A stretch of 41,641 bases of DNA from an uncultured Mitsuokella sp. (GTDB lineage Bacteria > Bacillota > Negativicutes > Selenomonadales > Selenomonadaceae): positions 1-41,641 of the forward strand of contig CAUVCH010000001.1 of assembly GCA_963550265.1 (NCBI GenBank), read 5' to 3'. The notes beneath the pieces were generated by a model that searched no databases, was not told the DNA's origin, and worked only from the letters and a program-made list of their open reading frames with translations. Below are positions 8,677-17,695 of this stretch, one piece after another (position 1 is the first letter of the stretch; the number at the start of each line of letters is the position of its first letter). The translations under genes and the position numbers were made by a program.

Positions 8677-9642
8677 ATGATAAAGAAGGCGATTGCCGTC
8701 ATGACGAGCGGCGGGGACAGTCCCGGCATGAATGCGGCGGCGCGTGCCGTCGTCCGCACGGCGCTCTTTGAGGGCGTTGATGTCTATGGCATCTACAACG
8801 GCTATCAGGGGATGCTGGACGATGACATCAAAGAGCTCGACCGAAAGAGCGTCAGCGATATCATCCAACGCGGCGGCACCTTCCTCGGGACGGCGCGCTG
8901 CGCGGCGTTCAAGACGCCCGAGGGCCGCAAGAAGGGCTTTGACAACCTAGCCAAGCGCGGCATTGAGGGGCTCGTCATCATCGGCGGCGACGGCTCTCTT
9001 ACGGGCGGTTCACTCCTTTCAAAAGAGACGGGGCTTCCCATCGTCGGGCTGCCGGGCACGATCGACAACGATGTCTGGGGCATGGACTACACCATCGGCA
9101 GCGACACGGCGGCCAATACGATCGTCGGCGCGATCAACAAGCTGCGCGATACGGCGTCTGCGCATCGCCGCATCATCCTCGTCGAGGTCATGGGGCGCCA
9201 CTCGGGCTGGCTGGCCATGATGGCGGGCATCGCGGGCGGCGCGGAGTACATTCTCGTGCCAGAGGTCAAATTCGATATGGATATCGTCTGCAGGGAGCTG
9301 CGCGCGGCATACGATGCGGGCAAGCGCTACAGCATCATCGTCGTCGCAGAGGGCGCGGGCTCTGCGGTCGAACTCGGCAAGATCGTTGCGGAAAGGACGG
9401 CGATCGATACGCGCGTCTCTGTCCTCGGTTATATCCAGCGCGGCGGGCAGCCGACGGTCGAAGACCGCATGAAGGCATCTCTGCTCGGTGAGAAGGCAGC
9501 GCTTGCGATCATCTCGGGGGCGACGAACGTCGTCTTTGGCTTCAACGAGGGCAAGGTCGTCGGCGTTAATCTATTCGACGCAGTCAACAATACGAAGACG
9601 CTCAATCCGGAGCTCGTGCGCCTTTCGCGCGTGCTTGCCTAA
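8677..9642 (+). CDS. pfkA: ATP-dependent 6-phosphofructokinase
   Basis: TSGGDSPGMN, GGTFLGTAR, GGDGS, PGTIDND, EVMGR and QRGG. Confidence 0.96.
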   Translation: MIKKAIAVMTSGGDSPGMNAAARAVVRTALFEGVDVYGIYNGYQGMLDDDIKELDRKSVSDIIQRGGTFLGTARCAAFKTPEGRKKGFDNLAKRGIEGLVIIGGDGSLTGGSLLSKETGLPIVGLPGTIDNDVWGMDYTIGSDTAANTIVGAINKLRDTASAHRRIILVEVMGRHSGWLAMMAGIAGGAEYILVPEVKFDMDIVCRELRAAYDAGKRYSIIVVAEGAGSAVELGKIVAERTAIDTRVSVLGYIQRGGQPTVEDRMKASLLGEKAALAIISGATNVVFGFNEGKVVGVNLFDAVNNTKTLNPELVRLSRVLA

Positions 9643-9652
9643 GGGCGCTTTT

Positions 9653-9687
9653 ATCGAAAAAGGAGCGGGCAGCCGCTCTTTTTTGAT
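9653..9687 (+). terminator. Intrinsic terminator after pfkA
   Basis: AAAAAGGAGCGG-gcag-CCGCTCTTTTTT. Confidence 0.75.
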
Positions 9688-9740
9688 GCCTGAATTAGCA
9701 GGCAGGTGATGAATTTCTTCCATGATTTTTTCAGAATGGA

Positions 9741-9769
9741 TTTACAGAGTGGTAGACTTATGATAAAAT
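9741..9769 (+). promoter_or_regulatory. SigA promoter for RND pair 1
   Basis: TTTACA-N17-TAAAAT with an extended TG. Confidence 0.55.
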
Positions 9770-9816
9770 AGAAAACAGAATTGTAAATTTTTGTATGGAT
9801 GACAGGATGAAGATCG

Positions 9817-10941
9817 ATGAAAAGCAAGTCAGATAAAGCGAATCGCGTCGCAAAGCCCATTGGCACGAGGCGAAAAAAGGCGCTGGCGCTTGCCGCGGCG
9901 CTCCTCTTCGGCTGTACGATTTTCGCAGGCTGCAGCAAGGAGGAGGCCAAGGAAAAGGCACCGCTCGTCAAGACGATGCAGGCACAGGATGCAGAGGGCG
10001 AGCGCACGAGCTCTTATTCGGGCGTCGTGCGCGGCCGCTATGAGACGAACCTTGCCTTTCAGGTCGGCGGGCAGATCGTCTCGCGCAACGTGAATGTCGG
10101 GGCGCGCGTATCGCCGGGCGATTGTCTCATGACCATCAACCCAAAAGATGTCGTGCAGGAAGCGAATGCCGGCAGTGCACAGGTCTCCGCCGCGCGTGCG
10201 CAGCTCTCGCTTGCACAGACAAACCTCGCGCGCTATACGGAGCTGTACAATCAAGACGCCGTTCCCGCTGCCGTGCGCGACCAGTATCAGACGAATTACG
10301 ACGCGGCGTTTGCGGCATACCAGCAGGCGCTGGCGCAGGCAGCAGAAGCCAACAATGCCGTCGGCTACACGAATCTGACGGCAGGTGCGGCAGGGGTCAT
10401 CTCGTCCATTACGGCGGAGGAAGGACAGGTCGTCGCGGCGGGGCAGACCGTCATGACGCTGGTCCAGACAAATGAGCTTGAAGTCGAGATCCAAATTCCG
10501 GAAAGCCACATTGCAGAGCTCTCGCAGGATGAAGCGGTGAAGGTCGACTTCTGGGCGCTCGGAAGCGCGGGCTCTTCAGAGGGTACTGTCCGCGAGATCT
10601 CCCCGACGGCAGACAGCGCCAGCCGTACCTACAAGGTGCGCATCAAGCTGCCAAAGCCGCCGAAAGGGCTATCGCTCGGCATGTCGGCAGATGTCAAGGT
10701 TCCCGAACCTGCGGCATCCGGCATCGTCCTGCCGCTCTCTGCGATCTATCAGACGGGCGATGCGCCGGAGGTCTGGGTCGTCGATGAGGACAGGAAGGTC
10801 ACGCTAAAGGAAGTCAGCGTCGAGGCGTTTGACGACAACAATGTCCGCGTCAGGGGACTCTCCGCAGGCGATACGGTCGTCACGGCGGGCGTTCACAAGC
10901 TCCGTGAAGGGCAGAAGGTTCGCATGGAGGAAGAGGAATGA
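9817..10941 (+). CDS. RND efflux membrane fusion protein (lipoprotein)
   Basis: Lipobox FAGC, LAFQVGGQI, an alpha-helical hairpin, ISPTADSASRTYKVR and GDTVVTAGVHKL. Confidence 0.92.
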   Translation: MKSKSDKANRVAKPIGTRRKKALALAAALLFGCTIFAGCSKEEAKEKAPLVKTMQAQDAEGERTSSYSGVVRGRYETNLAFQVGGQIVSRNVNVGARVSPGDCLMTINPKDVVQEANAGSAQVSAARAQLSLAQTNLARYTELYNQDAVPAAVRDQYQTNYDAAFAAYQQALAQAAEANNAVGYTNLTAGAAGVISSITAEEGQVVAAGQTVMTLVQTNELEVEIQIPESHIAELSQDEAVKVDFWALGSAGSSEGTVREISPTADSASRTYKVRIKLPKPPKGLSLGMSADVKVPEPAASGIVLPLSAIYQTGDAPEVWVVDEDRKVTLKEVSVEAFDDNNVRVRGLSAGDTVVTAGVHKLREGQKVRMEEEE

Positions 10942-13900
10942 GGAATCTCACCGAGATATCGCTGAAAAACAAGGCGATCGTCTGGTACTTCATCGTCGTC
11001 CTTGCGATCGGCGGTGTCTTTGCCTACAAGAACCTCGGCCGCATGGAAGATCCGACCTTCACAATCCGCACGATGGTCATCTCTGCCGCATGGCCGGGGG
11101 CGACGGCGGAAGAGATGCAGGAGCAGGTGACGGATAAAATCGAAAAGCGCGTGCAGGATACGCGCGGGCTCGATTCTGTCCGCTCGGAGACCCGCCCGGG
11201 GCAGACGACAATCTACGTCAACCTCCGCGAGGATGTGAATAAAGACCGCGTGCGCGATACGTGGAAAGACGTCCGCAACGATGTCGACGAAGGCAGGATT
11301 GATCTGCCTAAGGGCGTTGTCGGTCCCTTTTACAACGATCGCTTTGACGATGTCTACGGCAATGTCTACGCGCTGACGGGTGACGGCTACTCCTATGAGG
11401 AGATGCGCGAGAAGGCAGAGCTTATCCGCCGCCAGATGATGCAGGTGGAAAGCGTCCAGCGCGTGGAGCTCCTCGGCGTGCAGAAGGAAAAGGTATATGT
11501 TGAAGCCGACCGCGCTAAGCTCGCGACACTCGGCATTTCGCCGACGGCGATCATGGACGCGCTCGCGAAGCAGAATGACAAGGCGCCTGCCGCCATGGAG
11601 GAGACAAAGAGCGATGATGTTTACCTTCGCGTTTCGGGCGAATTCGACGATGTCGAAGCCATCAAGAAGACGGTCATCCGCGCCGGAACGAAGACCTTTC
11701 GTTTGGCGGACATCGCGCAGGTCGAGCGCCGTGAGGAAGATCCGGCGGCGCCGAAATACTTCTATAACGGCGAGCCTGCCATCGGTATCGAAGTTTCGAT
11801 GGCAGACGGCGGCAATATCTTAAAGCTCGGCAAGGATCTCAAGGCCTTGTCGAAGGGCATCGAAGACGAGCTTCCCGCGGGACTCGAGCTTCATCAGGTC
11901 GCCAATCAGCCGGAGGTTGTCGACGATGCGATTGACGAGTTTGTCGAGACGCTCGGCATCGCGATCGTCATTGTCCTCGCCGTCAGTTTCTTTTCACTCG
12001 GCGTCCGCACGGGACTTGTCGTCGCGGGCTGCATTCCCCTCGTCCTGCTCGGCGTCTTCGTCTTTATGTATGCGGCGGGGATTCCGCTGCACAAGGTTTC
12101 TCTTGGCTCGCTCATCATTGCGCTCGGGCTTCTTGTCGACGACGCGATCATCGCGGTTGAGATGATGAGCGTCAAGCTCGAGATGGGCATGAACCGCTTC
12201 GAGGCCGCCTGCTACGCCTTCAAGGCGACGGCGCGCCCGATGCTGACAGGCACGCTGATCACCTGTGCGGGCTTCATTCCCGTCGCCTTTGCCAAAGGCA
12301 TGGCAAGTGAGTTTTGCAGCACGCTCTTTCCCGTCATCACGGCGGCGCTCATCCTCAGCTGGATTGCCTCGGTCATGGTCGCGCCGCTCTACGGCACCTA
12401 CCTTATCAAGGTCAAGATAAAGCGCGATGCGGCAGGCAGGATCGACCCATATCAAAGCCGCTTTTACACATGGTTCCGCGGCGTCCTCCACTGGTTCATG
12501 ACGCATCGTAGAATCGTCCTCGTTGGAACAGCGGCAGCATTTATCCTATCGCTCTGCCTCATGACCTTCGTCAAGCAGGAATTTTTTCCGCAGTCGCTTC
12601 GCCCTGAAATCCTCGTCGAGATGCGCCTGCCCGAAGGCTCTTCCATGCAGGCGACGCAGGAGGCGGCAGATCGCATGAGCGATTTTCTAAAAGAGCGCAC
12701 GGATAAGATGGAAAACTACAGCTATTATGTCGGGCAGTATGCGCCGCGCTTCGTCCTCACCATCGACCCGAAGACCGACCGTGATAACGCTGCACAGTTC
12801 GTCGTCGTCGCAAAGGACAGCGCATCGCGCACGGCGCTGACGAAGGAGATACAAGACGAGCTCGACAGTGAATTTCCCGAGGTGCAGAGCAGCATTCAGT
12901 TCCTTCAGACGGGGCCGCCGGCAGATCATCCTGTGATGCTTCGTGTCACGGAGCGCACGCCGAAGAAGACGAAGGAACTCGCTGAAAAGGTCGTGGCGCA
13001 GCTCGCGAAAGACCCGAACAACTACAACATTCGGATGGATTGGGGACAGAAGTCGAAGGTCATGCACGTCGCACTCGATCAGGAAAGGCTTGCCGCGATG
13101 GGGCTCAGCACGCAGGACGTCGCGCATATGCTCTACACCGAGGTTTCGGGCGCGAAGGCGGCAGAGTTCTACACGGGTGACCGCACGATCGACATCGACC
13201 TTCGCCTTGCGGCAAAGGATCGCACGAGTCTCGGCGATCTGAATTCACTGCCGATCTACCTCGGTGCGGCAGGGTATACGACGCTCGATCAGATCGCTAA
13301 GATCTCCTACGATGCAGAGGAAGGGCTGATCGGCCGCTACGATCTCATGCCGAGCATCGTCGTCAGTGCGGATGTGCACGAAGGCCTTGCCAACGACGTG
13401 ACGAAGAAGGCGCTTGCCGATACGGCAGACATAGCAAAGGATCTGCCCTTCGGCGCTTCCATCCGGGCGGAAGGCGCACTTAAAAACAGCAATACCGCGA
13501 TTGATTTTCTCCTCGTGCCGATTCCCGTCATGATCTTCTGCATCATGACGCTTCTGATGTTCCAGCTTCGGCGCGTGAAGGATATGCTGATCACGCTTCT
13601 GACCGCTCCCATGGGGCTGATCGGCGTTGCCGCCGGCATGCTCGTGCTCAATAAGGCGATGGGCTTTGTCGCGATGCTAGGCGTCTTTGCGCTCTCCGGT
13701 ATGATCATCCGCAACAGCGTCATCCTCATCGATCAGATTCAAAAGCATATTGCAGATGGTGAAAGCCCATGGAATGCCGTCGCTGATTCTGCGATCCTCC
13801 GCTTTCGCCCGATTTTGCTGACGGCGGCGGCAGCCATCCTCGGCATGGTGCCGCTGATGCTCAGCCCGTTTTGGGGACCGATGGCGGTCGCCATTGCAAG

Positions 13901-13979
13901 CGGTCTCATCGCGGCTACGGTTCTCACACTTCTCGTGCTTCCTGCCATGTATGTGACCGTCTATCGTATCCATTCATGA
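10938..13979 (+). CDS. RND efflux transporter permease (AcrB superfamily)
   Basis: 1013 aa with GRMEDPTF, TM4 GLLVDDAII, IRNSVIL and RFRPILLT. Coupled to the MFP by an ATGA overlap. Confidence 0.95.
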   Translation: MRNLTEISLKNKAIVWYFIVVLAIGGVFAYKNLGRMEDPTFTIRTMVISAAWPGATAEEMQEQVTDKIEKRVQDTRGLDSVRSETRPGQTTIYVNLREDVNKDRVRDTWKDVRNDVDEGRIDLPKGVVGPFYNDRFDDVYGNVYALTGDGYSYEEMREKAELIRRQMMQVESVQRVELLGVQKEKVYVEADRAKLATLGISPTAIMDALAKQNDKAPAAMEETKSDDVYLRVSGEFDDVEAIKKTVIRAGTKTFRLADIAQVERREEDPAAPKYFYNGEPAIGIEVSMADGGNILKLGKDLKALSKGIEDELPAGLELHQVANQPEVVDDAIDEFVETLGIAIVIVLAVSFFSLGVRTGLVVAGCIPLVLLGVFVFMYAAGIPLHKVSLGSLIIALGLLVDDAIIAVEMMSVKLEMGMNRFEAACYAFKATARPMLTGTLITCAGFIPVAFAKGMASEFCSTLFPVITAALILSWIASVMVAPLYGTYLIKVKIKRDAAGRIDPYQSRFYTWFRGVLHWFMTHRRIVLVGTAAAFILSLCLMTFVKQEFFPQSLRPEILVEMRLPEGSSMQATQEAADRMSDFLKERTDKMENYSYYVGQYAPRFVLTIDPKTDRDNAAQFVVVAKDSASRTALTKEIQDELDSEFPEVQSSIQFLQTGPPADHPVMLRVTERTPKKTKELAEKVVAQLAKDPNNYNIRMDWGQKSKVMHVALDQERLAAMGLSTQDVAHMLYTEVSGAKAAEFYTGDRTIDIDLRLAAKDRTSLGDLNSLPIYLGAAGYTTLDQIAKISYDAEEGLIGRYDLMPSIVVSADVHEGLANDVTKKALADTADIAKDLPFGASIRAEGALKNSNTAIDFLLVPIPVMIFCIMTLLMFQLRRVKDMLITLLTAPMGLIGVAAGMLVLNKAMGFVAMLGVFALSGMIIRNSVILIDQIQKHIADGESPWNAVADSAILRFRPILLTAAAAILGMVPLMLSPFWGPMAVAIASGLIAATVLTLLVLPAMYVTVYRIHS

Positions 13980-14010
13980 GTTTAAATCTTTGTGGAAAAC
14001 GTATCGTATC

Positions 14011-14050
14011 AAAGAAAAGAATCTTCTTTTTAAGGGAAGGTTCTTTTTCT
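14011..14050 (+). terminator. Probable terminator after RND pair 1
   Basis: AAAAGAATCTTCTTT / AAGGGAAGGTTCTTTT imperfect inverted repeat with a T-tract. Confidence 0.55.
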
Positions 14051-14088
14051 GCTCTTTTGCCTGCAGAAAGCCGTCAGGAAAAAGGGGG

Positions 14089-14117
14089 TTGCAATTTTTC
14101 TTAATATAAGGGATAAT
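14089..14117 (+). promoter_or_regulatory. Possible SigA promoter for the T1SS operon
   Basis: TTGCAA-N17-GATAAT. Confidence 0.45.
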
Positions 14118-14203
14118 AAAAAAGTATGTAAATAAGCGTGGCAGGGAGATGGATTCCTTGCTGCATGATGGATATGCGGCGTGTCCCGCAATGAGGAGCG
14201 ACT

Positions 14204-16342
14204 ATGGTAGAAAAAAAGGTGCCGAAGGGCTATACAGCTCTGATGAGTCTCGGCGCGGCTCTGCGTCAGCAGGGGCGCGGGCAGGGACTTGGCGATGCAG
14301 CTCTCATCCGTGCCTTCCCAGAATGCAGGGATGGCGCAGAATGGCCGAACTTTAAGCGTGTCTTAAAGGCAAACAAGATGAAGGCGACGCTGATTCATGC
14401 GACGCCGGATGAACTTCGGGAAGTGCCGATTCCTGCGGTCGTGCGCTTTAAAAATGGTCGTTTTGCAATGCTCGGCGTGAACAGCGGAGAGACGGTTTTC
14501 TTCGTCGACCCGGCAGATGATCAGGCAGTCGCGATACCGATGGCGGCTTTCCGTGAGATCTGGACGGGCGAGGTGCTTGTCCTGCGGCCAAAGCTCACGT
14601 TGGCAGAGATCCGCCGCCGCTATAATCTCGAGTGGTTCTATCAGGTCATCCTGCATTATAAGGGACTTTTGGGCGAGATTATGCTCGCCTCGTTCTTTTT
14701 GCAGGCGATGGGCATTCTGCTGCCGCTTTTCACGCAGGTCATCATCGACAAGGTCATCAGCAACGATGGTCTTTCGACACTGACGGTGCTCGGCATCGCC
14801 ATGCTTGTCTTTGCTCTCGTACAGTCGGTATTGGGCTTTGTCCGAACGAAGCTTCTCAATCAGACGACGACAAAGCTCGATGCAATTTTAGGCACCAGGC
14901 TCTTTCGCCACCTCATCGCGCTTCCCGCACCGTACTTCGAGCATCGCCGTGTCGGCGACACGATGATGCGCATCGGTGCGCTCGCCAGCATTCGTGAGTT
15001 TCTCGCGGGAACGACGCTCACGACGATTCTCGATACGTTTTTCTCGATCACGTTCGTCGCTGTGATGTTCTTCTACAGCGTTAAGCTCGCGTTGATCGCG
15101 CTCATCATCGTGCCGCTCTTTGCAGCACAGACGTTCTTGGCGCTTCCTATTTTTCAGCAGAAGATCGAAGCGGTCTGGCGCACGGCATCGGCGCGGCAGT
15201 CCTTCCTCGTCGAGGCGGTGACGGGCATTCAGACGGTAAAGGCGCTCGCGCTCGAGCCGCAGTTCGTCCGCCGCTGGGAAAAGATGATCAACCGCTTCGT
15301 TCAGGCGAATTTTGATCAGGCAAAGTTCTCGCTGCTGGTAAATGGCGGCAATGGCGCCATTCAGGCAATCTCTTCACTGGTTATCCTCTGGTTCGGCGGT
15401 TACATGGTCATGGATGGAACGTTCACCCTCGGTCAGCTCATCGCATTTCAGATGATTGCAGGGCAGGCGACGGGACCTATCACAAAGCTGCTTACGATGT
15501 GGCCGCAGGTTCAGCAGACGGCGCTTGCACTTGACCGCCTAGGTGACATCCTTCATGCGCGCCGCGAGCCGGTCTTAGAGCCGGTGCAGCAGCAGCTTCC
15601 GGCGCTTGCCGGCGATATTGCGGTCGAAGATGTCACTTTCCGCTATCGTCTTGACCTTCCGCCGGCTGTCGACGGGATCAGCTTTCATATCAAGGCGGGT
15701 GAAAGAATCGGCATTGTCGGTCGCTCGGGCTCAGGAAAGTCGACGCTGGCATCGCTGATTGAAAAGATTTACTTTGCGGACGGCGGGCGCATCCTGATCG
15801 ACGGGCATGACATCCGCGAGACGCCGTACCCGTGGCTTCGCAGCCAGATGGGCGTCGTCATGCAGGATAATTACCTCTTCGACGGCAGCATCCGCGACAA
15901 CATCGCAGCGGGTATGCCCGCCGCGTCGATGGGAGAGGTCATGCGCGCGGCACAGCTCGCAGGCGCACACGACTTCATTCTCGAGCTTGACGAAGGCTAT
16001 GATACGCGCGTCGGCGAACGCGGCGCCGGCCTTTCGGGCGGGCAGCGCCAGCGCATTGCAATCGCGCGTGCCCTCCTCACGAACCCGCGGGTTCTTATCT
16101 TTGATGAGGCGACGAGTGCGCTCGACTATGAGTCAGAGCGCATCGTCATGAACAATATCGAGCATATCGGCAAGGGGCGCACGATGATTCTCATCGCGCA
16201 CCGCCTTTCGACAGTCGCGCACTGTGACCGGATCTTTGTCATCGACCATGGCAAGATCGCCGAGCAGGGATCGCCGGAGGAGCTTCTCGCGCTCGGCGGG
16301 CTCTACAAGACTCTCCATGATCAGCAGGGGGTTATGAAATGA
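14204..16342 (+). CDS. Type I secretion ABC transporter 1 (HlyB/RtxB-like: C39-like domain, TMD, NBD)
   Basis: N-terminal C39-like domain, PLFTQVIIDKV, Walker A GRSGSGKST, signature LSGGQRQR, Walker B LIFDEATSALD and H-loop AHRLST. Confidence 0.93.
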   Translation: MVEKKVPKGYTALMSLGAALRQQGRGQGLGDAALIRAFPECRDGAEWPNFKRVLKANKMKATLIHATPDELREVPIPAVVRFKNGRFAMLGVNSGETVFFVDPADDQAVAIPMAAFREIWTGEVLVLRPKLTLAEIRRRYNLEWFYQVILHYKGLLGEIMLASFFLQAMGILLPLFTQVIIDKVISNDGLSTLTVLGIAMLVFALVQSVLGFVRTKLLNQTTTKLDAILGTRLFRHLIALPAPYFEHRRVGDTMMRIGALASIREFLAGTTLTTILDTFFSITFVAVMFFYSVKLALIALIIVPLFAAQTFLALPIFQQKIEAVWRTASARQSFLVEAVTGIQTVKALALEPQFVRRWEKMINRFVQANFDQAKFSLLVNGGNGAIQAISSLVILWFGGYMVMDGTFTLGQLIAFQMIAGQATGPITKLLTMWPQVQQTALALDRLGDILHARREPVLEPVQQQLPALAGDIAVEDVTFRYRLDLPPAVDGISFHIKAGERIGIVGRSGSGKSTLASLIEKIYFADGGRILIDGHDIRETPYPWLRSQMGVVMQDNYLFDGSIRDNIAAGMPAASMGEVMRAAQLAGAHDFILELDEGYDTRVGERGAGLSGGQRQRIAIARALLTNPRVLIFDEATSALDYESERIVMNNIEHIGKGRTMILIAHRLSTVAHCDRIFVIDHGKIAEQGSPEELLALGGLYKTLHDQQGVMK

Positions 16343-17691
16343 TAGGACCATTGAAAAAGTTTTGGCAAAACTTCGTCGTCGGCGACAAGGAAGGTAAAGA
16401 GAAGGAATTCCTGCCGTCGATTCTTGAAGTCACAGAAGAGCCGCCCTCTCCTGTCGGGAGATTCGTCCTCTGGACCATTGTCGCGCTCCTCGTCGCAGGG
16501 GCGATTTGGGCATTTGTCGGCGAGGTCGATGAGGTTGCTGTCGCCAATGGCAAGGTCATTCCGGTCGGCAATGTCAAGATCGTTCAGTCGGAGAACAAGG
16601 GGACGATCAAGGAACTCGACGTTCAGGAAGGCGACTATGTCGAAGAAGGGCAGACCCTTCTCGTTCTCGATACGACGAAGACACAGGCAGATGTAGATCA
16701 GCTTCAAAAGCAGGTTGCCTACTATCAGCTGACGGTGTCGCGTCTGCAGGCCGAGATAAATGATGAGCCGTTTCTTCCCGAAGTGACGGATGACCTCGAT
16801 CCGAAGGATGTCGAGGCGCAGACGGCACTTTACAAGAGCCGCAGGGCAAAGCTTTCAGCAGAGCAGGAAAAGAATCAGTCGGCGATCGACCAGGCGTCAG
16901 CGGCAGTTGCAGGTCAGCAGGCGCAGCTTGAAAAGTATCGTTCATTGGAGACTGTTGCCGAAGAGAAGGAAGATCGTCTCAAGGAACTTTATTCCCAGGA
17001 TGCAATCAGCTATTTCCAGCTTCTCGAAGCGCGTGCGACGCGCGTCGAGTACCAGCGCAATGCGGAAGCTTCGGAAAAGGGCATCTTAGAATCGCAGGGC
17101 AAACTCGCCGAAGCACGAGACAACCTCGCGACGACGGAAACGGCGTATCGCCAGGAAACGATGAGCCAGCTTGTCGAGGCGAAGAAGCAGCTTGGTGCCT
17201 ATGAAGAGGAACTGAAAAAGGCAAATCAGACAAATGCGGAATCGGTCATCGTGGCACCGACTTCGGGACGCGTTAACCAGCTTGCCGTTCATACGGTCGG
17301 CGGCGTCGTCTCTGAAGGGCAGGGACTCATGATGGTCGTTCCGGACGATGCAGTCCTTGAGATCGAGGCGTATGCAGACAACAAGGATATCGGCTTTATC
17401 GAAAACGGACAGAAAGCAGAAGTCAAGGTGCAGACCTTTAACTTCCAGAAGTACGGCATGATGACAGGTATTGTCGACGATATCTCTCCGGATGCGGTGA
17501 CGAATCCGGAGGACAAGGAACATTACGGCAAGTACCGTCTGACGCTGAATCTTGATCATGATGACAGCGGTATTGAGCTCCTGCCGGGCATGAACGTCCA
17601 GGCGGAGATCCAAATCAAGAAGAAGCGCATCATCGACTTCTTCCTCGATCCGTTCCGCAAGTATAAGGCTGAGGCGCTGAGGGAGAGGTAA
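16339..17691 (+). CDS. HlyD-family type I secretion membrane fusion protein
   Basis: EKEFLPSILEVTEEPPSP, a single TM, a long coiled coil, HTVGGVV, KDIGFI, FQKYG and PGMNVQAEI. Confidence 0.93.
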   Translation: MIGPLKKFWQNFVVGDKEGKEKEFLPSILEVTEEPPSPVGRFVLWTIVALLVAGAIWAFVGEVDEVAVANGKVIPVGNVKIVQSENKGTIKELDVQEGDYVEEGQTLLVLDTTKTQADVDQLQKQVAYYQLTVSRLQAEINDEPFLPEVTDDLDPKDVEAQTALYKSRRAKLSAEQEKNQSAIDQASAAVAGQQAQLEKYRSLETVAEEKEDRLKELYSQDAISYFQLLEARATRVEYQRNAEASEKGILESQGKLAEARDNLATTETAYRQETMSQLVEAKKQLGAYEEELKKANQTNAESVIVAPTSGRVNQLAVHTVGGVVSEGQGLMMVVPDDAVLEIEAYADNKDIGFIENGQKAEVKVQTFNFQKYGMMTGIVDDISPDAVTNPEDKEHYGKYRLTLNLDHDDSGIELLPGMNVQAEIQIKKKRIIDFFLDPFRKYKAEALRER

Positions 17692-17695
17692 GCAG

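Noticed and set aside
14144..14180. Fluoride riboswitch-like start GGAGATGG
   Set aside because: The downstream conserved elements and pseudoknot partner are missing, and the gene context does not fit.
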